From assembly GCF_001447785.1 (NCBI RefSeq), contig NW_015162487.1, positions 875,255-939,254 of the forward strand: 64,000 nucleotides of DNA, in the 5' to 3' direction. This document shows, piece by piece, positions 10,936 through 22,376 of the stretch. This DNA comes from Gekko japonicus (taxonomy: Eukaryota). The notes below the pieces were generated by a model, which was not told where the DNA came from, ran no database searches, and worked only from the letters and a program-made list of their open reading frames with translations. Each line of letters opens with the position of its first letter. Positions within the stretch are counted from its first letter, which is position 1. Both the position numbers and the translations under genes were made by a program.

Positions 10936-11280
10936 CCACCTTCGAACTGTTGCCTTAATCTCCTTGCCTAAGTCATGGCTATTAAGGGATCGTACTCTAA
11001 TACGAGAAAACAAAAATGGTCCGAGGCTTATTTAAAAAATCAAGCCAGCACACCACGTACACCGGGCTGCTTCAAAAATAGCAGTCGTGCAAAAATGATG
11101 CACATGGAATTTTTTGGGGTGCACATTTTGTTTTATGTAGGGGGATACTTAGCAACTCCTGAAAGGGGGGGGGGTGCTGGCAGAACACTGAGGCGTGGTG
11201 CTGGGGGCCTGCGTCCAGAGGCAAAAGGAAAATCTTGTGTACAAGACATTCTACGCTTATTGTAGTACAGTGTTCTAGCT

Positions 11281-11564
11281 GAGAGCCAGTTTGGTGTAGT
11301 GGTTAAATGCATGGACTCTAATCTGGGAGAGCCGGGTTTGATTCCCCAGTCCTCCACTTGCACCTGCTGGATGACCTTGAGCAAGCCATAGTTCTGACAA
11401 GAGCTGTCCTTGAAAAAGAGCAGTTTCTGTCAAGAGCTCTCTCAGCCCCACCTACCTCACAGGGTGTCTGTTGTGAGGAGGGGGAAGGGGAAGGAGTTTA
11501 TAAGCCGCTCTGAGACTCCCTTGGGTAGTGAAGGGTGGGCTATAAATCCAATCTCTTCTTCTTC
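11281..11564 (+). mobile_element. tRNA/MIR-derived SINE, Squam3-like
   Basis: GAGAGCCAGTTTGGTGTAGTGGTTAA head with A/B boxes, CORE-like body, (CTT)n tail. Confidence 0.8.
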
Positions 11565-11667
11565 ATGAGATCTCATTTTTAAATTCTGCACCAGCCCCCC
11601 AAATTTGGTATGAAGTCACACATAGACAGCCCCAAAACAACAAAAATAAAATCACAAATAGGATCAG

Positions 11668-11875
11668 CAGCTCCAGTCTAGGAAATACCTGGAGATTGTG
11701 GGGGTGGGGCCTGAGGAGGGCGGGGTTTGGGGAGGGACTTCAATGGGGCATAATTCCGTAGAGTCCACCTTCCAAAGCAGCCATCTTTCTCCAGATGAAC
11801 TGATCTCTGTCACCTGGAGATCAGTTGTCATGGCAGGAGATCTCCAGCCACCGCCTGGAGGCTGGCAACAAACCT
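11668..11875 (-). mobile_element. hAT-Blackjack-like MITE (TAGGGTTGCCA-type ends); relatives at 22718-22880, 23323-23498, 53768-53965
   Basis: Shared internal sequence GAGATCAGTTC..CTGGAGAAA.ATGG.TGCTTTGGA.GGTGGACTCT among the copies. Confidence 0.6.
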
Positions 11876-13483
11876 ACCCACAAACTGCGGCTTGAGCACA
11901 AGGGGGGGGGGAGGGTTTTTTTTAAAGAAAAGTTTCCGTAGCCACTCGGTTTCGAGTTCATACGTTCCTAAAAATAACTCTGCCCATTTTGTGGAAACGT
12001 GAAGGAAACTCGAGCTTGTTTTCAGAGACTCCACAGAGGGAAGAGTTACGAGAAAACGAAGACAAGCATAGTTGTGTTTTTCTAATTTGTGATTGTGGTG
12101 AGAAAGAAAAAAAACCCCAATAAAAAGGTGGTGGTGGTGAAACAGGAATGTATTCATTCTGGAAAGGAAACACTCCATAAACAATTGACGCATTTCTGCT
12201 CAGTAGCAACAGCTCCTTGGGTTGGGGGTGGGTGGGGGGAAGAAGGCTGAGGGCCTCTTTGGGAAGGTACCCGTGAGGTAAATATTCCCTTCAACAAAAG
12301 ATCTCCAACAAGTCTGCCTGGCCAAGCCTTGAATTTCTGAAGTAGACTCAATCGGAAGCATTTACCTCCCTTCTTGCAGATCTACTTAACATGTGTACAG
12401 CAGAAAACAAAACCCAATACTACACCAAGCCAACCCCCCCAACCGCCTAAAAGCAGTCATGTTTGCTCCCCCCCCCCCAACACTTACATGAAAATGTCAA
12501 ATTGAAATGCACTAGTTCAGTTTTGGTACCACTTGCGTGATCAGCGAATGCACCTACCGTCAACCAAAAAGAGGTGAAAAAAAGAAAAATTAAGCCACAT
12601 CAGGGAGCTTGAATGCCAGAACGTGCAGCAGGTGCCAAGGCAGTATGGTTTAATGGTTAGAGCAGAGCCAGAGTTCAGATCCCAGCTCTGCCCATGGAGG
12701 CTCACTGGCTGATCTTGGGCCAATCTCTGCCTAACGTAAGGACAGAATGGAGGAGAGGAGACCAGTATGCCGCTCTGAGCTCCTCGCAGTTCAGGAAAAC
12801 AACAGCATACACTGCAAATTGCTGGGTTGGATTTTGTGGCACATGTCCAGTAAACAGGAACTAATTGCTTCAACAGAAGTTTCTTTCCTTAGCAGGAGGG
12901 AACGGTTGGCTCCAACCAAAGGACTGATGTTTCCCACATCCAAACATCTACAGGCTGAGTTCGCACACAAACACACACACACAAACAAAAACCCACCAAC
13001 AAACTAGTCCCTTTTTATTGAACAAGTATAATGGGCAAGAAAAAAAGGAGGTTTAATTAGCTCATGGATTTAAAAAAGAAACAAATGTGGAATCTCTGAG
13101 GACTTGTTTATAGCCTTCCTTTCTGCCCATTGGGGACCCAAAGGGGCATACATCATTCACCTCTCCTGCATTTTATTCTCACAACACCCCTGCGAGGTAG
13201 GTTAAGTGGACAATGTATGACTGGCCCAAGGTCACCCAGCGAGCTTTCATGACACGAGTGGGTTTCCCAGATCCTAGTGCAGCTATTTAACCACTGCACC
13301 ACACTGGCTCTCTTCAACGTCAACTTTTTTTTAAAACTTCGCTGATACCCTTCGTTTCTCCCACAGCATTTAACATCATTCTTCTCGCCTCCACTGTAGC
13401 TTCACCTCCATTTTAGTTTCACAACAATCTTGTAAGGTGGGTTAGGCTGAGTGACTAGTTTTGAACCTGGTTTTCCCTGATCC

Positions 13484-13827
13484 GGAGCTGCGGTGGCTCA
13501 AGTGGTTAAGATGCTGAACTGCAGGCTGTGGAAGGTCGGTAGTTCAGCAGTTCGAGACCCAGGTGCCGCATGATGGAGTGAGCTCCCATCTCTAGTTCCA
13601 GCTCCTGCCAACCTAGCAGTTCGAAAGCAAGAAATTGCAAGTAGATAAATAGGTACCACTTCGGTGGGAAGGTAACAGCTTTCCGTGCGCCTTGGTGTTT
13701 AGTCATGCCGGCCACATGACCACGGAAATGTCTTCGGACAGTGCTGGCTCTTCGGCTTTGAAACGGAGATGAGCACCGCAACCCTAGAGTCGGATTCGAC
13801 TGGCTTTCGGGCAAGGGAACCTTTACC
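13484..13827 (+). mobile_element. Full-length Sauria SINE with 12-bp TSD
   Basis: CTCCTGCCAACCTAGCAGTTCGAAAGCA core, ACCTTT tail, TTTCCCTGATCC duplicated at 13472-13483 and 13828-13839. Confidence 0.88.
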
Positions 13828-14273
13828 TTTCCCTGATCCATCACTCAAACTGGCTCTCAGCATCCCCTCCTTGCTGTGAACATTCAGTCCCTGGGAAAAG
13901 TCTGGCCAAATTGCAAAAAAAAAGGCATTCAGGTTACTCGGGTAAGTTGTGTGCTGTCGAAACCGCTGTGGGGCCCAGGCCTCACATCACCCCATAGCCA
14001 CTGCCATACGAGGGTGAGTTGCAGAAGCTTCATGAGAACAAGTTGGCCAGTGGTTGCTGCTGGCCCTGAAGACTCCTTCCTCTTCCTGCTGGCCCTGAAG
14101 AGGGGAACAAAGGCAACGGCAAGGGCAAAACAACCGTGGAAAGCCTTCTCCCTTCAGTGGCAGAAATCAGAGGTTGAAGGCTGGCAGTATTGTGATTGCC
14201 TAGCAACCTCCCCAATGGCCACCATGTGGGCTTCTTTCTTAAAGGTACAGGTGCTGCTTTTATAATTTTGTGC

Positions 14274-14479
14274 CAATGCTCCCTCTAAGGTGTGGAGTCT
14301 TGTGAGCAAGATTTCTACTTTCTGAGCTACTGGCATTAAAAGTTGTGAGCGAGTGATTTGGCTAAGGCATAAATTAGTTTGCCCTGGGAGCCACCCTTCC
14401 TGAGCCAAGACAAAAATGTGTGAGCCAGAGGCTAAGAAACTGTGAGCTAGCTCACACTAACTCAGCTTAGAGGGAACAC
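14274..14479. mobile_element. hAT-type MITE family A copy
   Basis: Same TIRs and body as 33636-33826. Confidence 0.8.
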
Positions 14480-15024
14480 CTCCATATATATATTTTTTAA
14501 AGAGCACAGATTTTTCTGCAAAATTGGGCTTTTCTCAGGTTTGTGGGAGGACCTGTTTTAGCTGTTCATGGACATAACCATCACACACCCCCTCCATATA
14601 GGACCACATGAATAATTCAATATATTTATGCAATGTTATGCAAGTTATTTCCTATGATTATGGGTTACCAAGAACAGTGAGCTGTTGTGCAAGCAAAAAC
14701 ACACTGGAGTCAAAGTGTTTTTTTACATATACAAACTAGCATTGCAAGGAAAAGCCACTCCGTCCTAATACTAGGATGCTCTCTGCAGTCCCTAAAAGAC
14801 ACATACAGCTAGTTTAGGATCTGGAACCAGCAGCATTAACCAAAGAGGACTGGAAAACTGGTTGTCTCAGAGGGAGAGTCGAGGATCCCGTGTTTCCATG
14901 CTCCCTTTCAGAAAGAACGGCTTGGATCCAGCAATGCGCAAGTGGAAATGTAAATGGACTTCGCATAGTCCCTCTTCTTTTAAGGTCTCCCTCAACACCT
15001 AGCTCTTTCTTCCCTATATACAGA

Positions 15025-15255
15025 TTCATGTCGGTAGCCATGTTGGTCTGAAGCAAGAGCACATAGTTTGGGTCCCGTGGCACCTTTAAGACCAACAAAA
15101 TTTAATTCTGGGTTTAAGCCTTTGTGTGCACGCACACTTCATCAGGTAAACTGTTTCAGTGTATCTGAAGAACTGTGCATGCACACGAAGGCTTATACCC
15201 AGAATTAAACTTTGTTGGTTTTAAAGGTGCCGCTGGACCCAAACTTTGTTCTTTC
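15025..15255. mobile_element. Penelope-like palindromic terminal-repeat element with two inverted hammerhead-like motifs
   Basis: Arms GCACCTTTAAGACCAACAAAATTTAATTCTGGG and CCCAGAATTAAACTTTGTTGGTTTTAAAGGTGC; CTGANGA-hairpin-GAA motifs facing outward from the centre. Confidence 0.7.
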
Positions 15256-15792
15256 CCNNNNNNNNNNNNNNNNNNNNNNNNNNNNNNNNNNNNNNNNNNN
15301 NNNNNNNNNNNNNNNNNNNNNNNNNNNNNNNNNNNNNNNNNNNNNNNNNNNNNNNNCTTTCCCTAGCGTTCCACTCATGCAAGAACACAATCGGAAACAG
15401 AAATTTTGTGTTGGATTCAACTCCACACCCGCCTCCCTCCCGTGTGTATAGTCCCTACATTAGCAGAAGACGGAACTTGCTTCATATATCAATGCAAGCT
15501 AGAATGCCTGAATGGCACTCAGTACGAAAAAGGCCAGGACATAAATCAAAATAAATTTCCTGAAAAGTGCAGCAACGGAACTCAGCTCTGTGCCCACTGA
15601 GTGGCTGACACAGAAAAGCGTAGCCTTGCCTGGCACACTTGCACAGGATAGAGCGACCTATGCTTAGTAGGTCACGGTTCAAAAAAAGGAGTATGTGTGG
15701 TTTAACAGTTCGTGGCCACAAAAAATTGGAAAGAATGCAGAGGTATCCAATTCTTGCATGTTTTCAGAGCTATGACTGCTCTGTTGGACGCA

Positions 15793-15995
15793 AGGGGCTG
15801 TGGGTTCGTGGAAGAGCCTCTGCTTTGCATGCAGAAGGTTGCGGGTTCAGTCCCTGGCATCTTCAAGTTAAAAGGACCCAGGCAATAGGTAATATGAAAG
15901 ACCTTTGCCTGAGACCCCAGAGAGCTGCGGCCAGTTTGAGTAGACAGTACTGACCTTGATGGACCGATAGTCTGATTCATTCTAAGGCAGATTCG
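15793..15995 (+). mobile_element. tRNA-derived SINE (Squam2-like); other copies at 17315-17670, 19495-19685, 29465-29675, 39845-40045, 44170-44298, 48835-49010, 52650-52785, 61595-61800
   Basis: GGGGCTGTGG.TC.GTGG.AGAGC head and GGTTCA.TCCC B box; shared body ending CTGATTCAGT.TAAGGCAG. Confidence 0.7.
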
Positions 15996-16025
15996 AGCAT
16001 GCTCGTGAGATATGGAACCACTCAA

Positions 16026-16277
16026 GTTTGGTGTAGTGTAATCTGGGAGAACTGGGTTTGATGCCCCACTCCACATGCAGCTGCTGGTGTGACCTTGGGT
16101 CAGTCACAAGTTCTCTCAGAGCTGTTCTCTCACGAGCAGTTCTCAAAAGAGCTCTCTCAGCCCCACCTACCTCACGGGGTGTCTGTTGTGGGGAGGGGAA
16201 GGGAAAGGAGATTGTAAGCCACTCTGAGACTCCTTTGGGTAGTGAAGAGCAGGGTATAAATCCAATCTCCTTCTTCT
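16026..16277 (+). mobile_element. Squam3-like SINE
   Basis: Similar to 11281-11564. Confidence 0.8.
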
Positions 16278-17019
16278 ATTACAAACCTCATTGTGTGGCA
16301 CTGAGCAAGCTGCCACAACCCGTCCACCTAGTTTACTCACCAGGTTTGGTTGTGAAGCTAGAGTTTAATGGAAAGGCGAGCGTCCCGTGTCCAAATGCAA
16401 AGCATAAACTAGCCCTCTGATTCTTTCATCTGGGCGAATTCAAGTGTTATCTGCTGCAAGGCAACACAGAAGATAAATGGGCAGTCTTCCTCTATGGAAG
16501 GAAACTCTTCTTGAGGCCACAAATCTTCTTTGCGGCGACTCAGGAAAGCCCTCAAAATACAAGGAAGGAAGAAGTAATTGAGTACTCGCACACGTGACAA
16601 TTTCTGGCCCTCTGGCACACAAAACTGAATGAGGGAACCATGCAGAACTGAACTTAACCAATCAAGTATTTAGAACAGTGAACATTTGAGAGCTGATCTA
16701 CAGCATCGCTACACATTTCTCAATGTTACAAAACATTCCAGAGTGGATAACACTCAAGAGAACCACGCTTGTCTTCCCAGGAGGGAATGCAACTGGTAAC
16801 CTCATGGTCGGGGGGGAAAGATGGCTATCTTGCTCGCTCTCAAACGGTGGAGAGTCCTGGGTTCGGTTTCCATGCAGTCCTAGGATGGTCGAATGCCATG
16901 TACTGTCCATGTCCTGGAACCACACTCAACCCCCTGAAACCAGCCTGTTTTATACCGGGAATGACATCTGCGATAAAAGGAAAGTTCCGGGGCACAAGGT
17001 GGTAGTGGAAAGGGCCGGC

Positions 17020-17215
17020 AAGTCACAGCTGAATTACGGTGACCCAGTAGGGATTTCGAGAGAAGAAGAGTTCAGGGGTCGTTTGCCATTGCCTGCCTCC
17101 GCACCATGACCCTGGTATTCCTTGGAGGTCTCCCATCCAAATGCTAACAAAGGCCGACCCTGCTTAGCTTCTGAGATCTGACCAAATCAGGGTAGCCTGG
17201 GCTATCCAGGTCGAG
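17020..17215 (-). mobile_element. 5S-derived SINE; other copies at 1345-1470, 18285-18445, 33115-33315, 39100-39235, 54452-54640, 57824-58385
   Basis: 5S-like GAAGCTAAGCAGGGTCGG...TTGGATGGGAGACC followed by a non-5S tail. Confidence 0.75.
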
Positions 17216-17427
17216 GCCTGGGGCACAGACACACACCTTCTCTCTTGCAGGATTACTGGGTGCCTCTGTCTGCCCAAATCTCTTTGAATGTGCACCCTTC
17301 CCATGAACACATGGGGCTGCCTTACCCTGACTCACACCCTTGGTCCATCAAAGTCGGTATCGTCTACTCAGACCAGCAGCAGCTCCTCTCCGGGGTCTCA
17401 TGCTGAAGTCTTTCACATTACCTCCCT

Positions 17428-17619
17428 TTTGTTGTTGTTCAGTCGCACAGTCGAGTCCGACTCTTCGCGACCCCATGGACCAGATCCCGCCAGGCCCTCC
17501 TGTCTTCCGCCGTCCTCTGAAGTTTGCTCAACTTCATGTTCGTTGCGTCTATGACACTGTCTAACCATCTCGTCCTTTGCCATCCCCCGTCTTCTTTGAC
17601 CTTCAGTCTTTCCCAGCAT
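17428..17619 (-). mobile_element. Bov-B (RTE) LINE 3' end inserted in a tRNA-SINE
   Basis: (CAA)n tail and MLGKTEGQRRRG remnant; matches 30293-30480. Confidence 0.8.
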
Positions 17620-18767
17620 GCCAGGGATTGAACCGGGAACTTTCCGCATGCTAAGCCGATGCTCTGTCAGGGTGCCACAGCTCCACCCCTGTACTTAGGA
17701 ACCTGTATCCTTTCACAGCATCTCAGACTCTCAGCCCTGCCACCCCGGGGGCCCCCGTCTTTCACCAGAAACGCCATTAGCACAGAGTCACGGTCCCAGT
17801 CATGTTTCACGTGGCATTTTAACCTGGCCTCCTCCACCTGTACTTGAACACCCACCTCCCACCCTTCACTCACTTGATGCTTCCACTGCCCGAGCACACG
17901 TCCTCTACCTGCCAAACCTACTTGAAGAGGTTTCGATACATAATTACCTTGGAGACAAAACACACACCTGTATACAAAAGGCAAGAGGTCAGCGGCTCAA
18001 GAGTGCCCCCCCCACTAGTTATATCTTGACCTCCATCTGAACCTCCAACTACCCTCATAATATATATTTTAAGTATATTCACACAGTCAAAAAGAACTTG
18101 GACAAAACCCACGCGTCCCAGGTTGGCTTGGCACTAGCTGTCAAGAGCTCTTCTCCGCCGCCAGGGAAAAGCAGACGTGCTCCACAACTGAAATTCCACC
18201 ACAACTCTTTTGAGGACGGACGTACCGCTATTACACCATTCCTTCCCACTGTTCCCAAGAATCCCCCGCCACTTGCTCTGGCTCTATCTCAGAAGCTAAG
18301 CAGGGTCGGCCCCAGTTGCTTTTTGGATGGGACCCAAGTACCAAGGAAGTCCAGGGTTGCTACGCAGAGGCAAGCAATGGGAAAACCACCTCTGCTTGTC
18401 TCTTGCCTTGAAAACCTTACATGAGTCGGCCGTGACTCGTCAGCACCTCGTGCGTACACTCCTCTTGGGATATCCACCTCTCTTCCCCAACGCAGCACCG
18501 ACCACCAGCTCAATGAGAACGCACGAGTGTTACATGCATCAAACTGCTGCGTGCAAGATCTACGAACTGCGGAGAAGGTCAAGAGTGCAGCCATTCCCTT
18601 CTCTCCCACTTCCTCACTTGGCCCCCGTCCTGCTCACCCACCCATAGAACCTAAATATCATTTAGGCCCAGTTCTCCAGTGATCGCTTGCTGGATGCAAG
18701 CAAACAGCAGGTGCTCTTGGAGCTACCAAAAACCTTGTATGTAAAGAACCTGAACTTGCATTCTTAC

Positions 18768-19030
18768 CAAGATGGGTGGCCGCGTTAGTCTGTCTGCAAC
18801 AGCAGAAAAGAGCAAGAGTCCAGGAGCACCTTAAAGACTAACAACATTTGTGGCAGGGGAGGAGCTTTCGTCAGTGCTCACTCCTTCAGATACTGGACCC
18901 CTGCTCTTTTCTACTGCATTCTTACCAGTTAGATTTGAGTCCAGTCGCATGTTAGAGACCAACTCTAGTTCTCGAAGGTGCTCCCGGGCTCGAATCTGTT
19001 TTACTGCAGACCAACACGGTGGCCCTCTGA
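18768..19030. mobile_element. Penelope-like terminal-repeat fragments; relatives at 27048-27240, 50570-50740, 56941-57085, 58478-58590, 59020-59120, 60165-60332
   Basis: Shared GAGTCCAG.AGCACCTTAAAGACTAACAA and GATGGGT.GCC.TGTT.GTCTG ends, often as inverted pairs. Confidence 0.65.
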
Positions 19031-19793
19031 AACGGCTTTTCCCTCGGCATGCACCACAGAACCACCCAGAAGGCCAGCAACCCGTTCCCAGCACGAAGAG
19101 CTCTGTTGTTGAGCTCAATGAGGCACTTCTGGCTTACACATTTCAGTGGGCAGCGTTGAGAGACCAGGGAGTCGCGGCATTTGACAGCCGCGTTTCCGAC
19201 CCTGATTGGGAGCTGAGAGGGTCGGCTGTGACCCAAGTAGCAAGCGTGAGATCAGGCTGCCAACCCTTCTGAGCTCAGGGGGAACTTACTCCCAATGTTA
19301 AGCGGGCGGGCAGCTGCAGCTTGAAAAGATACTTACGGGCGGAGGATGTGTGTGAGAATTCAACTACCCAACAAGCAGCCTCCTCCAAGGAGTCTTCCTC
19401 CAGATTTAGGAGCTCTTCCAGGGATGAACGAGAACATTAAATGTGTCTGCTGCGATCTAAGCTGTTTCAGGGGGTACACACACTTAAAGACACAGAAAGC
19501 TGCCTTATACGGAATCAGTCCAACAGTGTCAGTACTGTCCGCTCAGACCGGCAGTGGCTCCCCGGGGTTTCAGGCAGAGGTCTTTCACATTACCTGGTCC
19601 TTTTTATGGGAGATGCTGCGGGATGGAACCTGGGACCTTCTGCAGGCAAAGCAGACACTCTTCCACTGAGCCACAGCCCCTCCCCCAAAGGGTAGCCTTG
19701 TCGGTCTGTCGTAGAACTGTTAGATTCCAGTGCAGTAGCACCTTAGAGACCAACAAGAGGAGGAGTCTGGATTTATACCCTGCCCTTCACTAC

Positions 19794-20194
19794 TAGCGAT
19801 GTGCATTCGGTTTGGACGAATCTGATTTGGCTGGCTGAACAGGGATTGCCCGAATGGCTTCGGCATCCATTCGGGGAATCCCTTTGCTGGGCGATGGGAA
19901 GGCATGGGGAGGCATTTAAATGCCTCCCTGCTCCTTCCAGGACCCTCCCCCGGCCTGCCCCTGGCCCTTCAGTGATGGGGGAAAAAAATCTTCAAGGCTG
20001 GGGATTATTATACCCTATGGGTACAGTCCCCATAGGGTATAATTGAGCCAAATTATTTGGGTAGTCCGATAATTCCTGAACCCCAGTATCATACCAATAC
20101 TGGGTTTCGGGAATATTGGGAAATACCGAAATCTTTTGGGCTCGGTAGATCCAAACCTGAAAAATTCTGAATTTTTTTTTGGTGCACACCCCTA
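19794..20194. mobile_element. hAT-type non-autonomous element (401 bp) inserted in a Squam3-like SINE
   Basis: TIR TAGCGATGTGCA...TGCACACCCCTA; perfect 8-bp TSD TTCACTAC (19786-19793, 20195-20202). Confidence 0.85.
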
Positions 20195-20704
20195 TTCACT
20201 ACCCAAAGGTTCTCAGAGCGGCTTACAATTCCTTTCCCTTCCCTTTCCCACAACAGACACTCTGTGAGGTAGGTGGGACTGTGAGAGCTCTTTCGATGAC
20301 TGCTCTTTAGAGAACTGCTCTGAGTAAACTTGTGACTTACCCAAGGTAACACCAGCAGCTCCATATGGAGGAGTGGGGAATCAGACCCGGTTCTCCCAGA
20401 TTAGAGTGTGTGCTCTTAACCACTACAGTAAACTGGGGTATAAGCTTGACTCTTGAAAATCTTATTGGTCTCTACGATCCGACCGATCTAGCAGTCTGAG
20501 CAAGTAGTGCTACATGTTTCAATGGAGCTCGTTCATGGCTCTCATACATGCCCTCCAGGAGTGAGCAGGAAATCTATGGAAGCCTGGCTTGGCCAAAGGT
20601 GCTTGGAGCTGATCCTGTGACTTAAACTGGGGGGGAAGAATGTACCTTCAGACAGAGGACACACAAAAGTACACTGACGACACTTGGTCTTAATTAAAAT
20701 AGAG

Positions 20705-20710
20705 TTTATT
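20705..20710 (-). terminator. Candidate CCNYL1 polyadenylation signal (AATAAA); a second candidate at 21306-21311
   Basis: TTTATT on + within an AT-rich block ~1.55 kb past the stop; dense repeats begin just beyond it. Confidence 0.5.
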
Positions 20711-22259
20711 ATTAGCTTCTCTTTTTTAATACAAACATGAGAAAGGGAAAAGCCACCCGAAGATGTAGCATTTGTTTCAAAATTTAAATTTGTGATCAAT
20801 ACCTGAAGTCGCAGACCGTAAACTGCCCGCCTGGAGCCGGTCGAGGAAAATACTGCATGAGACCAACAGTCCGAGTGCCGGAGAACACCTGCCGTGGAAC
20901 GTGAAGGCACCGGACTGAAAGAGGGGGCTGTACAAGAGTCGGAGCGACACCCAACGGACGGGGGGAGGTCTTCAAAAGGACATGAGGCTGGAGTGCTCTG
21001 ACCCAGAGGCAAAGTGCTGCCCAGTTTTAGGCATAGGAAGTTGTTTTTTTAACGTATTGTAAATTGCCGTTCTGAACCAGTAAACTTGATCTAGAAGGAA
21101 GGCCAGCTTTACAAGTTGGCTTCCAGAGCAAGTGGCATTGAATTACTTTTGAGTGTTTTAAAAGCAATTATATAAATTGAAGATCACCGTATTCTCCCCC
21201 CCCCCCAAGTCAAGAACCCTCGACACAGTTTCCAATTTAAGGCCTTGTGAAAACCTTTGGAGGGGTAGGGAATCCAAGCAGGCCTGCCCCCCCCCCCAAT
21301 ACCAGTTTATTGTAGTGAAAATTTTAGCAGCGCAGCCTTAATTGTCTGTTCGTGGCCAAGTCAGTACATTTGGACTAAGCATTCGACAGAAACCTAGTTC
21401 AGCGTTTCAGGCAAAGTAGTGTGCGGTGGATCGTGTCTCTCCCGGGGCTCGAGTGCAGGTAGGAGAACACGAGAAGCACCATAGCTGACAAGAAATGGAC
21501 CCTGACCCACTGGTTGTTCTTCCCCCCCTCCCCCCCATGCTAGCAAACCACCTGAACACCATTCCTTTGCTCCTGCCCCCAAACACTTCCAAATCCCTTG
21601 ACAATCTCCAGCCGGGAGATCGTGGTTCACCCCGGGAACACCACCTCCTACTCAGCAGCCCTTGGGTCTTAAAAAACTGGCATAGCAGATACGTGGCAGC
21701 AGACGAGAGGAGAGAGCCTTCCGCCGTCCCCAGTGCCACCATTATCAGCTCCAGACTGGCTCCAGACTGTGTCCTAAAGAGTCCCGGCCGTCCACGCTGC
21801 CCCCGTCCCCGAAAGGCGGCTGGAGCGGTGAGGTCCTGGATGACTGAAGGGGAAGAGCTTTGCGACTAGAGAGTCGTGTTAATGTTCAAAACCCTAAAAT
21901 TTAAAACTAGTCATTATTTTTTTTAAAAAACCCAACTTCACGTAGTTCACAGCTATGAGCCTACACAGTAAGCAAACATCTGTGTGTCGGAGGAGGAGGA
22001 GAGAACACAGAGAAAAAGGATCTTCAAAAAGGTTCTGCACCTCTGGATTTTCAAAGGGGTGTGCCGGTTTGAGGAGGTCCCGTCTCCTCCCCCCCCCCCC
22101 CCACGGTCCTCTGGCTCTGGGGCTTCCCGGGCTGCGTTTGCTCACCCCTGGCCCCTCTGGCCGGAAGACACCGTCGCAGCTGGCTTGTGGGCTGACGGCG
22201 GCTGCGGTATTCCCAGTCCGGAGGAACACGCCGGCTCGTCACAGCGTTCCCCGTCTCGC

Positions 22260-22376
22260 TCAGGAGAGGATGGCGTTAGAACGGCGAATACCGACTAAGT
22301 TATCAGCGCTGAAAGATCGCCTCATAGCAGCTTTAGACAAGTCTTTGTATTTGTCCTCGCACAGCCGGGAGATCGC
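22260..22376 (-). CDS. CCNYL1: CCNYL1 last coding exon 10 ([38 protein letters not shown]-stop)
   Basis: ttccag acceptor, TGA stop at 22260-22262, RRSFSAD 14-3-3-type motif. Exons 2-10 total 866 coding bp in a continuous frame. Confidence 0.96.
   Translation of the reverse strand, partial: AISRLCEDKYKDLSKAAMRRSFSADNLVGIRRSNAILS

Noticed and set aside
15251-15363. 99-N gap flanked by CTTTCCC on both sides
   Set aside because: Likely an assembly overlap next to a palindrome rather than biology; cannot be assessed here.
15793-15870. tRNA gene
   Set aside because: tRNA-like head of a SINE with a degenerate cloverleaf and an attached SINE body.
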